This document shows, in pieces, positions 12,417 through 24,913 of a stretch of DNA of 64,000 nt; the first letter of the stretch is position 1; each line of letters opens with the position of its first letter. The position numbers were made by a program, and so were the translations under genes. The DNA is taken from contig CAJINV010000002.1 in NCBI GenBank assembly GCA_905178155.1, positions 372,376 through 436,375 of the forward strand. The letters run 5' to 3'. Under the pieces are notes generated by a model. That model did not search any database. It was given only the letters and a program-made list of their open reading frames with translations, and had not been told where the DNA came from. This DNA is from Amoebophrya sp. A120. Its lineage: Eukaryota; Protista; Dinoflagellata.

Positions 12417-13397
12417 GCAAGAAAGTACGGCCATCATCCCCCACACCATTGCCCGGGGCGTTCCTTTTCACATCTACTTAGAGCGACCCAGGGGAATGAA
12501 AGGCCGGCGACTGCCGGCTTTTAAGGGCCACCAGGTAGCAGCACAGAAAGCTGGCAGATGTAGATTGCAAAGGTAGAGAGGAAGAACGTTGGCGGCCCGA
12601 AGGGCCGCCGAGCGAAAATTTTCGCCAGTGCCAGGCGCCCACCCAGTAAGCAAAATTCGAGACCGACCGAACGAGCAAGGAGAGAGTCCCGAAGAGAAAA
12701 AAAGCGCTTCTGTGATGACGCAACTTTTCAGATTTTGACGCCAAGCTTTTCAATTTCAAATGAAGGTCATAAACAGGTCCGAATTAGGTCAGAAATCCAG
12801 AATGTAATATAGGGACGGGATTTCTGACCTAATTCTGACCTAATTCGGACCTTTTTCTGACCTCCATTTCAAATTGAGCCGAAGACCATGATCTTCGTTC
12901 CAAATTGGGCCAGACCCACTGATCGCGATTTCAAATTGATGATCGCGATTTCAAATTGATGATCGCGATTTCAAATTGGTGATCGCGATTTCAAATTGGT
13001 GATCGCGATTTCAAATTGATGATCGCCATTTCAAATGCCTGATCGGCATTTCAAATGGGCGATCTCCATTTCAAATCGCTGACCGCAATTCCAACTTGAC
13101 GATCTTCATTCCAAAACCCACACCAGGCCACTCAAAGCTCTCTCCAGAGCTGTGCCGCCGTATGGGCGTAGCTTGTTTTGGTGCCACACCAAGGCGAGCT
13201 CTATCGCGGGGAACCATGGGAGTGCGCTGCGGGGCACAACGGTGGGCCTAATTTGCAATGCCAAAACGAGCTCTGGCTCCCGCAATGCCCGCGCGTGCTC
13301 TCGAAAGGGAGCGCTGCTTTTTCAAAAACCCTGTCCGTCCCAATATCGTCAACAATTGGCCAACATTCTATTCTGCGCCAGTTGGTACAGCGTTAAG
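12417..13397. mobile_element. ~980 bp insert flanked by a 36-bp direct repeat
   Basis: GAACACACACCTTGTCGCATGGGT(C/T)ACAGAACTGTC at 12381-12416 and 13398-13433. Confidence 0.55.
12921..13115. repeat. 20-bp minisatellite GATCGCGATTTCAAATTG(A/G)T, about 10 units decaying rightwards
   Basis: Directly visible; head-to-tail with no spacers. Confidence 0.92.
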
Positions 13398-15174
13398 GAA
13401 CACACACCTTGTCGCATGGGTTACAGAACTGTCTGGTCCCGCCACGTACGCGTGTCAATCGACGGAAACCAAGTAGTGAAGGCGGTGTAGAGATCGCGCA
13501 GCACTACGTAGTCCCTCTCGAGTCCTCGCTCGCGCGTTTGCTGCTGTTGTTCCAAGGTTTCTTCCTCTCGATGCTCCCCCGGGGTTTCTTCCTGCACTCC
13601 GAGGTTTCTTCCGGCACTCTGCAATGCGCGAACGTTCGCGATTTGGATTCGGACGGCGTCCGGTTCAAAATCAGGCGGGGCGAAGTTATGATCTCTGAGG
13701 TAGGGTTCCAAATCCAATTGCCCAAAAGCGTACGCGTTCGCATTCGCAAAATAAGTTTGGCATCGCTTGGAAAAAAACAACATCCCAGAGTACCCATTAC
13801 CAGCTAATAGACAATTTCTTCAGCGGAGCTGAAGAAAAGGCACATCAATCGCCTTCGGCTTTATTTGCACGCGCATCTAATACTTCTATTTTCTCGGCCT
13901 CGGCGGCTCCAGATCATAGAAATTTCGTACTTTGAGTTCTGCACGGACGATTCCGTTGTATCAAATGCATATAATCATTGAGGAAGAGCAGGAACTGTAA
14001 TGGATAAGTGTTAGGGCAAAGAGAGTATAACAAGAAGTGCTCGAATGCCTATCGCTACGTTTGTTGACACCCTTCGCGGCCGATGCACTTTACAGGCAAC
14101 AAAAACGGTTTGCGAGTGCAGGCGCTTTTTGTTTATCCAAGCAAACTCTAACTTGCGGGCGTACTTCAGACTCTTTGATGTGCCCTTGATGCGTGCTGCT
14201 GGGATGATTCATACGCAGCGTAGGTTGTAGACAAGGCGCATGCGGCTGTGTTGGGTATCATCCCCGGCGATGTTATAAATGTTATGCACCACAAAGGCAA
14301 ATGTCAGCACCAATAAAGCTTTTGCATGAAATACGGCCGACCACCACCCGCGCTGCCGCTTTGCAGCAGCAGCAGCAGCAACATCCAAGAAACCTCTCTG
14401 GAGTTGAGCTGGGCCGGCAGGGTAGCTGCGTAAAGCAGAGCGAGGGTGGTTTTGATGTAGATCCAATACATATGCCCACCCTCATCTCCGCAAGGGCATA
14501 GGCTCATCCCCCACAGAGAGGCCGCGTGGTTCTCGTACTTCTATACACTTACAGAGATATTACCCAGGCGGCAACACATATTAGCTTTCGAAATATATAA
14601 ACAGAGAAAACGCTTACAATTGCCACGGCGGCCGTGGGTGTGGTCTGTCAGGCAACCTGCGACAAAATGAATGAGCCACGAAAAAGATCATGCATGGCAA
14701 TAGCATCTAAATCTAATTGCCGACATTGACAAATTTTCGATTTGTACATCTGGGTCCTGTAAAATTCATCCTCGTCAAGAGATCCCGTGTCCGATATGCT
14801 GAACTCAAACGCACCCACCTAGATCAGCTATATCGTTTTTTCTGTAATCTGCAGACGCCTTCTGTAGTTCACATTCACGCCTTTGCTCACGCATTAGAGA
14901 AAGAATTTCTGCCAACGCTAGATCTAAAATAGAAAAAACTGCCTTCTCTGTACTGCAGCCACCCTCAAGATTCTATATTTCACACATCAGAAGTAACGCC
15001 ACACAAAAAAGGCTGTCGCCCTCTTTCCAGGGCCAGGCAAGGTCGTGCACAGTAGTAACAGCAATAAATGGCTACCATCTAGTGCTAGAGGTGGAGGCAA
15101 TTGTGTACTCTGATGGCCATAAGCATAACATGATACAATGCGTATGCGGGTGGTAGAAGTCAAATATTTATGAA

Positions 15175-15771
15175 CTACTTCTCATGCATAAGTATACCAA
15201 TGTTGGCTCGCCAATGGGCGTGCGTTTTTTCTAGTTTTTCCATTTGGATACCTAACTCATTTGGAAAACCACCTTCTGTGAGGAGGCCGCGCTGCCGCTG
15301 CCGACCGCGCCCTCCGCCACTAGTGACGGGCACTCGTGCTCCTTGCGTTGAGGCAGGCGGGGTAAAGGCACTTCTTGCTGCGGCGCGTGGGCCGGGAGGC
15401 GGAGAGCCCGGTGAAAGATCGCCAATACCAGCTGCTCCCCTGGGTCCGGGAGGCGGTGAATTTGGACGCGCGGCGGCCTTCTGTGGCGGAGAATCGAAGG
15501 CCCAGTTGTCCACGGCACGCGGACGCGGACCCGGTGGCGGGGAATCGGCGTTATGTGTGGAAGCCCTGCGCCCCTCGGCGGGAGAGCCCGAGCCCGCGCG
15601 GTTCGTGCTGCTCCCAGCACCGACCTGCACTTTCTTCTTACCAAACGAAACGGCCTCACAGAAACTCCACCCGACCTCCGTCTGGCTGCTGGTGCCGAGA
15701 AGCAAACCAGCCGGCGCACCGAGCCTCCGCAGCCCGCGGCGAGGACAGGTCGAGGCAGAGGACCGCGTCAT
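15175..15771 (-). CDS. Hypothetical Pro/Gly-rich protein, paralogue of 24437-24913
   Basis: 198-aa ORF whose N-terminal ~48 aa is clearly homologous to ORF 24437-24913; internal SPPPGPR repeats. Confidence 0.55.
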   Translation of the reverse strand: MTRSSASTCPRRGLRRLGAPAGLLLGTSSQTEVGWSFCEAVSFGKKKVQVGAGSSTNRAGSGSPAEGRRASTHNADSPPPGPRPRAVDNWAFDSPPQKAAARPNSPPPGPRGAAGIGDLSPGSPPPGPRAAARSAFTPPASTQGARVPVTSGGGRGRQRQRGLLTEGGFPNELGIQMEKLEKTHAHWRANIGILMHEK

Positions 15772-17067
15772 TCTTGATGTCGCTTGATATTTTATTCTTG
15801 CGAAAAGTTGCTGTTCCCTGTTCTTCCGGAAAAAGAAATTTCGTTTTTTTTGTCCCTCTTTGTTCGCGGATCCTCTACTTCAGGAACAGGGTCGGTCGTG
15901 TTGTATTGATGAAATTGTAGAAAGAGAACAAGAAAAAGTTTGTAAAAGTTAATTTTCTACTGAGTTCGTCTTCGTTGTAGTGCCGGTTCTTCTTGTTTTA
16001 CTTAGGGACGATAGCAGTAAAAGTATTGGTTTCTAGTCGGTTTAGAAGTACTACTAGGTTCCTTGGTTGTTTATTATTCTTGAGCGGCGGGTCTACTTTG
16101 CCCCCTAGAGGTGGACGCAGAGGCTGTAGGCTGTTACAACTTCAAAGGAAAACCACTGCAGCAGTTCGGACGGAGGATAATTTCTTATCTTTAAACCGTA
16201 TCAACCATGCTTGATCTTGATAGCGCAGCAAATTACGCTTGATATAGCATTGCGGATCATCACAGCCACGTATGTTGTTTGGTATCGATGACTGCCCCGG
16301 AAGAACGATGGCCTTTCGTTTCATGCAGGACTCCACACTTCTGATGGGACTATCAAGACTCTACGATTACTCGCACAACCATCCACCGACACTGTGTTCT
16401 TTTTCTGCAACAGAAATCCGAAATCCAAATTTTTGAAACCGAGTTTTCGTTTGCTCGGTCAGCACACTCTGGCCGGGTATACCTAGTCGTTGCGCATAGA
16501 TGTCTTGAGGCTGTGAAATGCAAATACTACCGAATTTTGTGTCGTGTTTAGAAGTACGCCTTTATTTTACACCAACATGGTCAGCTTCTGGTGCTGTCAA
16601 TTGTATGCAGCCCGACGATAAGACGACGACCACCACCGTCACCGACAGCTTCAACCGATCGTAGCTGCGGTCTTCAGAGGAGACCTGCAACTGCAGCATT
16701 TTCGTGCTCAATGGAAGAGTACGCCACGTCGCTGATGCGACTACACTTTTTTCAATCTTCCTCCCCGTCCCTGCAACTGCAGGCACAGAAAAGGTTTTTT
16801 ACCTTGCGGCCTACTTCGGGTTTGGAATATCTTTAAACGAAGCAAAATTGTCTGTGTCAGGAGGTACTTATCACGTACAGCTACAATACATACATACATA
16901 CATACATACAGATGCACTTTGCCCTGTGTCTGGGGTACGTGCCGCTCGATTTTTGATCGTGACACCGGGAAAGCGATCCACCCAAACGANTGCAGGCGAA
17001 GGAAAAACAAGTATGATGAAAACTGCACACGGTCGTGCCAGTTCGTACATCAGTCATCTGCCGTCCT

Positions 17068-17302
17068 TATGGCGTTCTCAAACGTTACATTCTGAACTGT
17101 TACATGATTTGTCATGCAGAATTGCCTTCAGAATCTACACCATCAAGCTGCTTCGCATGACAAATTCTCAGAGGGCCAAGCAGGACGATAATCGGCGCCA
17201 GATGTGTCATGCAAGACGCGCAAGATCTCTCCTATCACTTGTGCCATTCTTCCATCACAAATTCACGTAACACTTGAGAATGTAACAGTTGAAAACGCCA
17301 TA
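17068..17302. mobile_element. Introner family G (duplicate copy, left flank differs)
   Basis: Same sequence as 12122-12356; flanks GTCCT/CCATG do not match. Confidence 0.75.
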
Positions 17303-17866
17303 CCATGTGCTAGGCAGGTACGATAAGAACACACACCTTGTCGCATGGGTCACAGAACTGTCGCAAGAAAGTACGGCCATCATCCCCCACACCATTGCCC
17401 GGGGCGTTCCTTTTCACATCTACTTAGAGCGACCCAGGGGAATGAAAGGCCGGCGACTGCCGGCTTTTAAGGGCCACCAGGTAGCAGCACAGAAAGCTGG
17501 CAGATGTAGATTGCAAAGGTAGAGAGGAAGAACGTTGGCGGCCCGAAGGGCCGCCGAGCGAAAATTTTCGCCAGTGCCAGGCGCCCACCCAGTAAGCAAA
17601 ATTCGAGACCGACCGAACGAGCAAGGAGAGAGTCCCGAAGAGAAAAAAAGCGCTTCTGTGATGACGCAACTTTTCAGATTTTGACGCCAAGCTTTTCAAT
17701 TTCAAATGAAGGTCATAAACAGGTCCGAATTAGGTCAGAAATCCAGAATGTAATATAGGGACGGGATTTCTGACCTAATTCTGACCTAATTCGGACCTTT
17801 TTCTGACCTCCATTTCAAATTGAGCCGAAGACCATGATCTTCGTTCCAAATTGGGCCAGACCCACT

Positions 17867-18061
17867 GATCGCGATTTCAAATTGATGATCGCGATTTCAA
17901 ATTGATGATCGCGATTTCAAATTGGTGATCGCGATTTCAAATTGGTGATCGCGATTTCAAATTGATGATCGCCATTTCAAATGCCTGATCGGCATTTCAA
18001 ATGGGCGATCTCCATTTCAAATCGCTGACCGCAATTCCAACTTGACGATCTTCATTCCAAA
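17867..18061. repeat. Duplicate copy of the 20-bp minisatellite
   Basis: Offset +4946. Confidence 0.85.
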
Positions 18062-20120
18062 ACCCACACCAGGCCACTCAAAGCTCTCTCCAGAGCTGTG
18101 CCGCCGTATGGGCGTAGCTTGTTTTGGTGCCACACCAAGGCGAGCTCTATCGCGGGGAACCATGGGAGTGCGCTGCGGGGCACAACGGTGGGCCTAATTT
18201 GCAATGCCAAAACGAGCTCTGGCTCCCGCAATGCCCGCGCGTGCTCTCGAAAGGGAGCGCTGCTTTTTCAAAAACCCTGTCCGTCCCAATATCGTCAACA
18301 ATTGGCCAACATTCTATTCTGCGCCAGTTGGTACAGCGTTAAGGAACACACACCTTGTCGCATGGGTTACAGAACTGTCTGGTCCCGCCACGTACGCGTG
18401 TCAATCGACGGAAACCAAGTAGTGAAGGCGGTGTAGAGATCGCGCAGCACTACGTAGTCCCTCTCGAGTCCTCGCTCGCGCGTTTGCTGCTGTTGTTCCA
18501 AGGTTTCTTCCTCTCGATGCTCCCCCGGGGTTTCTTCCTGCACTCCGAGGTTTCTTCCGGCACTCTGCAATGCGCGAACGTTCGCGATTTGGATTCGGAC
18601 GGCGTCCGGTTCAAAATCAGGCGGGGCGAAGTTATGATCTCTGAGGTAGGGTTCCAAATCCAATTGCCCAAAAGCGTACGCGTTCGCATTCGCAAAATAA
18701 GTTTGGCATCGCTTGGAAAAAAACAACATCCCAGAGTACCCATTACCAGCTAATAGACAATTTCTTCAGCGGAGCTGAAGAAAAGGCACATCAATCGCCT
18801 TCGGCTTTATTTGCACGCGCATCTAATACTTCTATTTTCTCGGCCTCGGCGGCTCCAGATCATAGAAATTTCGTACTTTGAGTTCTGCACGGACGATTCC
18901 GTTGTATCAAATGCATATAATCATTGAGGAAGAGCAGGAACTGTAATGGATAAGTGTTAGGGCAAAGAGAGTATAACAAGAAGTGCTCGAATGCCTATCG
19001 CTACGTTTGTTGACACCCTTCGCGGCCGATGCACTTTACAGGCAACAAAAACGGTTTGCGAGTGCAGGCGCTTTTTGTTTATCCAAGCAAACTCTAACTT
19101 GCGGGCGTACTTCAGACTCTTTGATGTGCCCTTGATGCGTGCTGCTGGGATGATTCATACGCAGCGTAGGTTGTAGACAAGGCGCATGCGGCTGTGTTGG
19201 GTATCATCCCCGGCGATGTTATAAATGTTATGCACCACAAAGGCAAATGTCAGCACCAATAAAGCTTTTGCATGAAATACGGCCGACCACCACCCGCGCT
19301 GCCGCTTTGCAGCAGCAGCAGCAGCAACATCCAAGAAACCTCTCTGGAGTTGAGCTGGGCCGGCAGGGTAGCTGCGTAAAGCAGAGCGAGGGTGGTTTTG
19401 ATGTAGATCCAATACATATGCCCACCCTCATCTCCGCAAGGGCATAGGCTCATCCCCCACAGAGAGGCCGCGTGGTTCTCGTACTTCTATACACTTACAG
19501 AGATATTACCCAGGCGGCAACACATATTAGCTTTCGAAATATATAAACAGAGAAAACGCTTACAATTGCCACGGCGGCCGTGGGTGTGGTCTGTCAGGCA
19601 ACCTGCGACAAAATGAATGAGCCACGAAAAAGATCATGCATGGCAATAGCATCTAAATCTAATTGCCGACATTGACAAATTTTCGATTTGTACATCTGGG
19701 TCCTGTAAAATTCATCCTCGTCAAGAGATCCCGTGTCCGATATGCTGAACTCAAACGCACCCACCTAGATCAGCTATATCGTTTTTTCTGTAATCTGCAG
19801 ACGCCTTCTGTAGTTCACATTCACGCCTTTGCTCACGCATTAGAGAAAGAATTTCTGCCAACGCTAGATCTAAAATAGAAAAAACTGCCTTCTCTGTACT
19901 GCAGCCACCCTCAAGATTCTATATTTCACACATCAGAAGTAACGCCACACAAAAAAGGCTGTCGCCCTCTTTCCAGGGCCAGGCAAGGTCGTGCACAGTA
20001 GTAACAGCAATAAATGGCTACCATCTAGTGCTAGAGGTGGAGGCAATTGTGTACTCTGATGGCCATAAGCATAACATGATACAATGCGTATGCGGGTGGT
20101 AGAAGTCAAATATTTATGAA

Positions 20121-20717
20121 CTACTTCTCATGCATAAGTATACCAATGTTGGCTCGCCAATGGGCGTGCGTTTTTTCTAGTTTTTCCATTTGGATACCTA
20201 ACTCATTTGGAAAACCACCTTCTGTGAGGAGGCCGCGCTGCCGCTGCCGACCGCGCCCTCCGCCACTAGTGACGGGCACTCGTGCTCCTTGCGTTGAGGC
20301 AGGCGGGGTAAAGGCACTTCTTGCTGCGGCGCGTGGGCCGGGAGGCGGAGAGCCCGGTGAAAGATCGCCAATACCAGCTGCTCCCCTGGGTCCGGGAGGC
20401 GGTGAATTTGGACGCGCGGCGGCCTTCTGTGGCGGAGAATCGAAGGCCCAGTTGTCCACGGCACGCGGACGCGGACCCGGTGGCGGGGAATCGGCGTTAT
20501 GTGTGGAAGCCCTGCGCCCCTCGGCGGGAGAGCCCGAGCCCGCGCGGTTCGTGCTGCTCCCAGCACCGACCTGCACTTTCTTCTTACCAAACGAAACGGC
20601 CTCACAGAAACTCCACCCGACCTCCGTCTGGCTGCTGGTGCCGAGAAGCAAACCAGCCGGCGCACCGAGCCTCCGCAGCCCGCGGCGAGGACAGGTCGAG
20701 GCAGAGGACCGCGTCAT
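20121..20717 (-). CDS. Duplicate copy of 15175-15771 within the 4.9 kb duplication
   Basis: Identical translation at offset +4946. Confidence 0.4.
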   Translation of the reverse strand: MTRSSASTCPRRGLRRLGAPAGLLLGTSSQTEVGWSFCEAVSFGKKKVQVGAGSSTNRAGSGSPAEGRRASTHNADSPPPGPRPRAVDNWAFDSPPQKAAARPNSPPPGPRGAAGIGDLSPGSPPPGPRAAARSAFTPPASTQGARVPVTSGGGRGRQRQRGLLTEGGFPNELGIQMEKLEKTHAHWRANIGILMHEK

Positions 20718-21835
20718 TCTTGATGTCGCTTGATATTTTATTCTTGCGAAAAGTTGCTGTTCCCTGTTCTTCCGGAAAAAGAAATTTCGTTTTTTTTGTC
20801 CCTCTTTGTTCGCGGATCCTCTACTTCAGGAACAGGGTCGGTCGTGTTGTATTGATGAAATTGTAGAAAGAGAACAAGAAAAAGTTTGTAAAAGTTAATT
20901 TTCTACTGAGTTCGTCTTCGTTGTAGTGCCGGTTCTTCTTGTTTTACTTAGGGACGATAGCAGTAAAAGTATTGGTTTCTAGTCGGTTTAGAAGTACTAC
21001 TAGGTTCCTTGGTTGTTTATTATTCTTGAGCGGCGGGTCTACTTTGCCCCCTAGAGGTGGACGCAGAGGCTGTAGGCTGTTACAACTTCAAAGGAAAACC
21101 ACTGCAGCAGTTCGGACGGAGGATAATTTCTTATCTTTAAACCGTATCAACCATGCTTGATCTTGATAGCGCAGCAAATTACGCTTGATATAGCATTGCG
21201 GATCATCACAGCCACGTATGTTGTTTGGTATCGATGACTGCCCCGGAAGAACGATGGCCTTTCGTTTCATGCAGGACTCCACACTTCTGATGGGACTATC
21301 AAGACTCTACGATTACTCGCACAACCATCCACCGACACTGTGTTCTTTTTCTGCAACAGAAATCCGAAATCCAAATTTTTGAAACCGAGTTTTCGTTTGC
21401 TCGGTCAGCACACTCTGGCCGGGTATACCTAGTCGTTGCGCATAGATGTCTTGAGGCTGTGAAATGCAAATACTACCGAATTTTGTGTCGTGTTTAGAAG
21501 TACGCCTTTATTTTACACCAACATGGTCAGCTTCTGGTGCTGTCAATTGTATGCAGCCCGACGATAAGACGACGACCACCACCGTCACCGACAGCTTCAA
21601 CCGATCGTAGCTGCGGTCTTCAGAGGAGACCTGCAACTGCAGCATTTTCGTGCTCAATGGAAGAGTACGCCACGTCGCTGATGCGACTACACTTTTTTCA
21701 ATCTTCCTCCCCGTCCCTGCAACTGCAGGCACAGAAAAGGTTTTTTACCTTGCGGCCTACTTCGGGTTTGGAATATCTTTAAACGAAGCAAAATTGTCTG
21801 TGTCAGGAGGTACTTATCACGTACAGCTACAATAC

Positions 21836-22975
21836 ATACATACATACATACATACAGATGCACTTTGCCCTGTGTCTGGGGTACGTGCCGCTCGATTTTT
21901 GATCGTGACACCGGGAAAGCGATCCACCCAAACGATTTGTACGGACGAGCAAGGGTGTGAAGCTACCCTCTGCGTTCGCCATGGGGCTGGCTAGGCCCGG
22001 CGAACAGCACAAGAGGTGAACATCGGAGCCGGGAGGAGCCTATGCGACCCCTAGGGGGGCGGGCGTACTTAAACGCTCCGGCAATCTCTATTCCTTGTTC
22101 CTGACGGCCACATCAAGGCGATTCTCGCTGCTGGCGCCGTGTTGCTCGATTCTGCCGCGAAGTGCCGGCGCACATCGGTCACAAGCTACTGGCCTGTAGG
22201 TGATGCGGTCGGGGGGCATCCTGCGCTTTCGCGGATGCTTTGCGCCCTCCTCGTCTGCCCAGCTTCTTAGACAGAAGAGGAGGGGCGCCGCAATGCTCTC
22301 CCGTCTGGGCTCGGTCGCATTCCTCACAAGGCCCGCGCGATTCGAAAGACAGAGGGAAGACAAGCTACTAAAGATAACGGGTCCCCGGCGAAGCCGGTGC
22401 CACCACACACAGCAGTCCTGCCACGCGGGCGAAGAACTGGGGCAGCTCCCGGCTTCCTCTTGTTGGTTCTCGGCAGTCGCGGCCCTTCGTGCCGTCAGCG
22501 CCTGCGCTTGGCGTGCGTCCCTATTGCTGCAGAGGCCGCGTGCTCTGACGCGCCACCTCCGCCTCAGGGTTGCGCCGTTGCGCCTGGTGCTTGCGAGCGC
22601 TGAGGGGCGCGCGCGGTAGCTAGCTAGCTGCTGGCCAACCTAACTGCGTTGAGACCCGCACCCAGGAAGCCGGGGCCGGTGTGTCTAGCTCCCTGCGGGA
22701 AGCAGGCTGCGTCTCGCTCAATGTCTTCCGCTACGTGGTCGGCTATGCGAAGAGACTTTTGCACCAGCTGCGAGCTCGTGCTAGGCGCCCCTCCCTACAA
22801 GGGCGAGGCGTTTTGTTCTAATTAACTAGCATCCGATAGCTTCCCTTCCCCGCAAGGGCGGGCTGTTCGTTAGCAAGACTGACAGACTTTCTGTGTCCGA
22901 AGTCTGTGCTATGATGTAGTTCGCAGCCGAACAATTGACTACCTGCTGGTAGCCCCCCTTCCCTGCAAGGGCGGG
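21836..22975 (-). mobile_element. Probable 5'-truncated non-LTR retroelement remnant
   Basis: 15-bp DR GTACAGCTACAATAC at 21821-21835 and 22976-22990; (ATAC)n tail adjoining the left copy; GC-rich body; no intact RT recognised. Confidence 0.55.
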
Positions 22976-24436
22976 GTACAGCTACAATACGTACTAGTAC
23001 CTGTAGCAGGTACATGTAGCGTCTGTGGCACGACAAGATGCTAGCACCTGGCTACAGTGCGTTCTTGTTTCTCCAAACCATATATGCTTGGCGTCGTACC
23101 CAATGACGCACTGCTGTGTCTTACGGCATCAAGATCGCAACAGCTCACAATCTAAGAAACGACTGAACTAACAAAATTGCACGACTCAGGTACTACCTAA
23201 TGTCGTGCACTACTTGTTTCATGGGAAAAGAAAATGCGCAAACCCGGGCCCGGGAAATAATAAATATGCTCGATGCGACTTTGTTGTGTTTTGTGAGTTG
23301 CCCCTGCGGGGTCTGCTGTATTAATGCAAAAGCAAAAGATACGTTTCCTAGATAAGAACTGCTTCACAGGTTCACGTAAGCAAAAAGTTCTTGGCTCGTT
23401 CCAAAAGAGAATGAGAAAACTCGTCAAAGTAATATGCATACAACGCAAGGCCAAGGATGTGCTCGCGCCAAAGGCAATATCTGGACACACAGCACTCGGG
23501 CCAGAATGCTCAAACAATAGAGAAGAAGAGTTCTGACTTCCTTGGTGCTTCGAGAAGACTCCTCGGCGCCTTTTTTTTTTTCTAGATTTTCGCGCCGCCG
23601 GAGTGTCTGTCCTCACGGCCCGAGGGTTACTTACACGCGTAAGGGGGCCGGGCCTTTTATTTTGATGCATACCCACGCGCCCCCTGCGTAGCTCGGGCCG
23701 AAGTAGAGAAGAAGACAAATTTCGTGCGGCTTGTTGACCGTCCTGGGTGTTTCGTTCGAGCCGCAAACGCCATCGGCTACGGTGTAGAGCAATTTGAAAT
23801 ACAACACACAACCAGGAGAAGAATGCGGAAACCATAAATATACATCGCAGCGATATTGATGTAAACAGTGGACTTATAGTACGTTTTAATTATCGTTGCA
23901 ATAGCTAGTTCGTTAGAGATTCATCCCAAGTGGTAGTCCGTCGACTCTCTTGGCCTCCTTCTTATGCCGACTGCGTTGCTAATGGGGTCCGTGACTATAC
24001 ATCAAATAAAGTGGAATTAGTAATATTGCCGGTTATGATCATGGAGTGAACTGAGTCACTGCTTGTTCTATTTACCGAGAAGCTCAGTATCGCATCTACG
24101 TGTTCGACTTTCCATTCACTTTTGTTTTTCTACTCTTGATATACTTGCCACCACTCGGCACGGCAGTACACGTCGAGTACGCTTCTCCACGCTCCCATTT
24201 ACTTGCCTTCTCTACGCTTAATAATTTGTCTCCCAAAACCGCAACAGGTTTTTGAACATCGATTCCAGCAACATATTATTTTTCGGTCCCGTAGACCCGA
24301 AGGTGCGTTGGAACTGCAAGAAAAGCTGACGCAGCATGTAGTGCTGTTCTGTCTTGTCCAGCTCGTTCAGAAACACGGGCTCTGTACCTGAGGGCCGTAA
24401 ATAAAGGTCGTCGTAGAAAGCCCGTAGCTCGGATCT

Positions 24437-24913
24437 CTAGTTCTCGCATCCGTGTCCTCTCATCTCGCGACCAGTAGAATCATGCTGTATCGTCTCATCA
24501 TGAGGTCGTCTATCAATCATCACCCCGCCGATGTTTTCGTTGTAAAATTTTTCTGCCGGATCATCCCCAAAGTCCACCGTTTCCGGCAACTGGCCCTTCT
24601 CTTTCGCCGCGCGGAGTTCATCATCACCTTTGATTCTTCCCGGTCCGAGTTGCGGTTGCATCCATCCACGGGGCGTCGTCGGACCACCATTCCCCCCGGG
24701 AAAACCTGCTCCTTGCGTCCTCCCACTTACGCGGGGGGAACTGGGCGAGGAAGCGCGCGCCCCCGCTTTTTTCTTACCCAACGAGACGGCCCCACAGAAA
24801 GTCCACCCAACCTCCATCTGGCCGCTGGTGCCGGCGAGAAGCAAACCAGCCTGCGCACCGACGAGTTTCCCCAGCCCGCGGCGAGGACAAGCCAAGGCAG
24901 AGGCCCGTGTCAT
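24437..24913 (-). CDS. Hypothetical protein, paralogue of 15175-15771
   Basis: MTRASALACPRRGLGKLVGAQAGLLLAGTSGQMEVGWTFCGAVSLGKKK aligns with MTRSSASTCPRRGLRRLGAPAGLLLGTSSQTEVGWSFCEAVSFGKKK. Confidence 0.55.
   Translation of the reverse strand: MTRASALACPRRGLGKLVGAQAGLLLAGTSGQMEVGWTFCGAVSLGKKKAGARASSPSSPRVSGRTQGAGFPGGNGGPTTPRGWMQPQLGPGRIKGDDELRAAKEKGQLPETVDFGDDPAEKFYNENIGGVMIDRRPHDETIQHDSTGREMRGHGCEN

Larger units (their letters stand above)
10697..13783 (-). pseudogene. Possibly degraded gene carrying introners and a ~1 kb insert
   Basis: Protein-like ORF 13421-13783 and three introners downstream, but I could not restore an open frame across 11932-12121 (stops in all three minus frames). 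Confidence 0.3.
12122..21935. repeat. Tandem duplication: 12122-16989 repeated at 17068-21935 (offset 4946)
   Basis: Identical ORF sets in both copies; N at 16990 followed by 77 unique bases. Confidence 0.95.

Noticed and set aside
12921-13115. 20-bp array (and the 17-bp array at 27965-28080) as a CRISPR array
   Set aside because: Units are head-to-tail with no unique spacers, there are no cas genes, and the context is eukaryotic.
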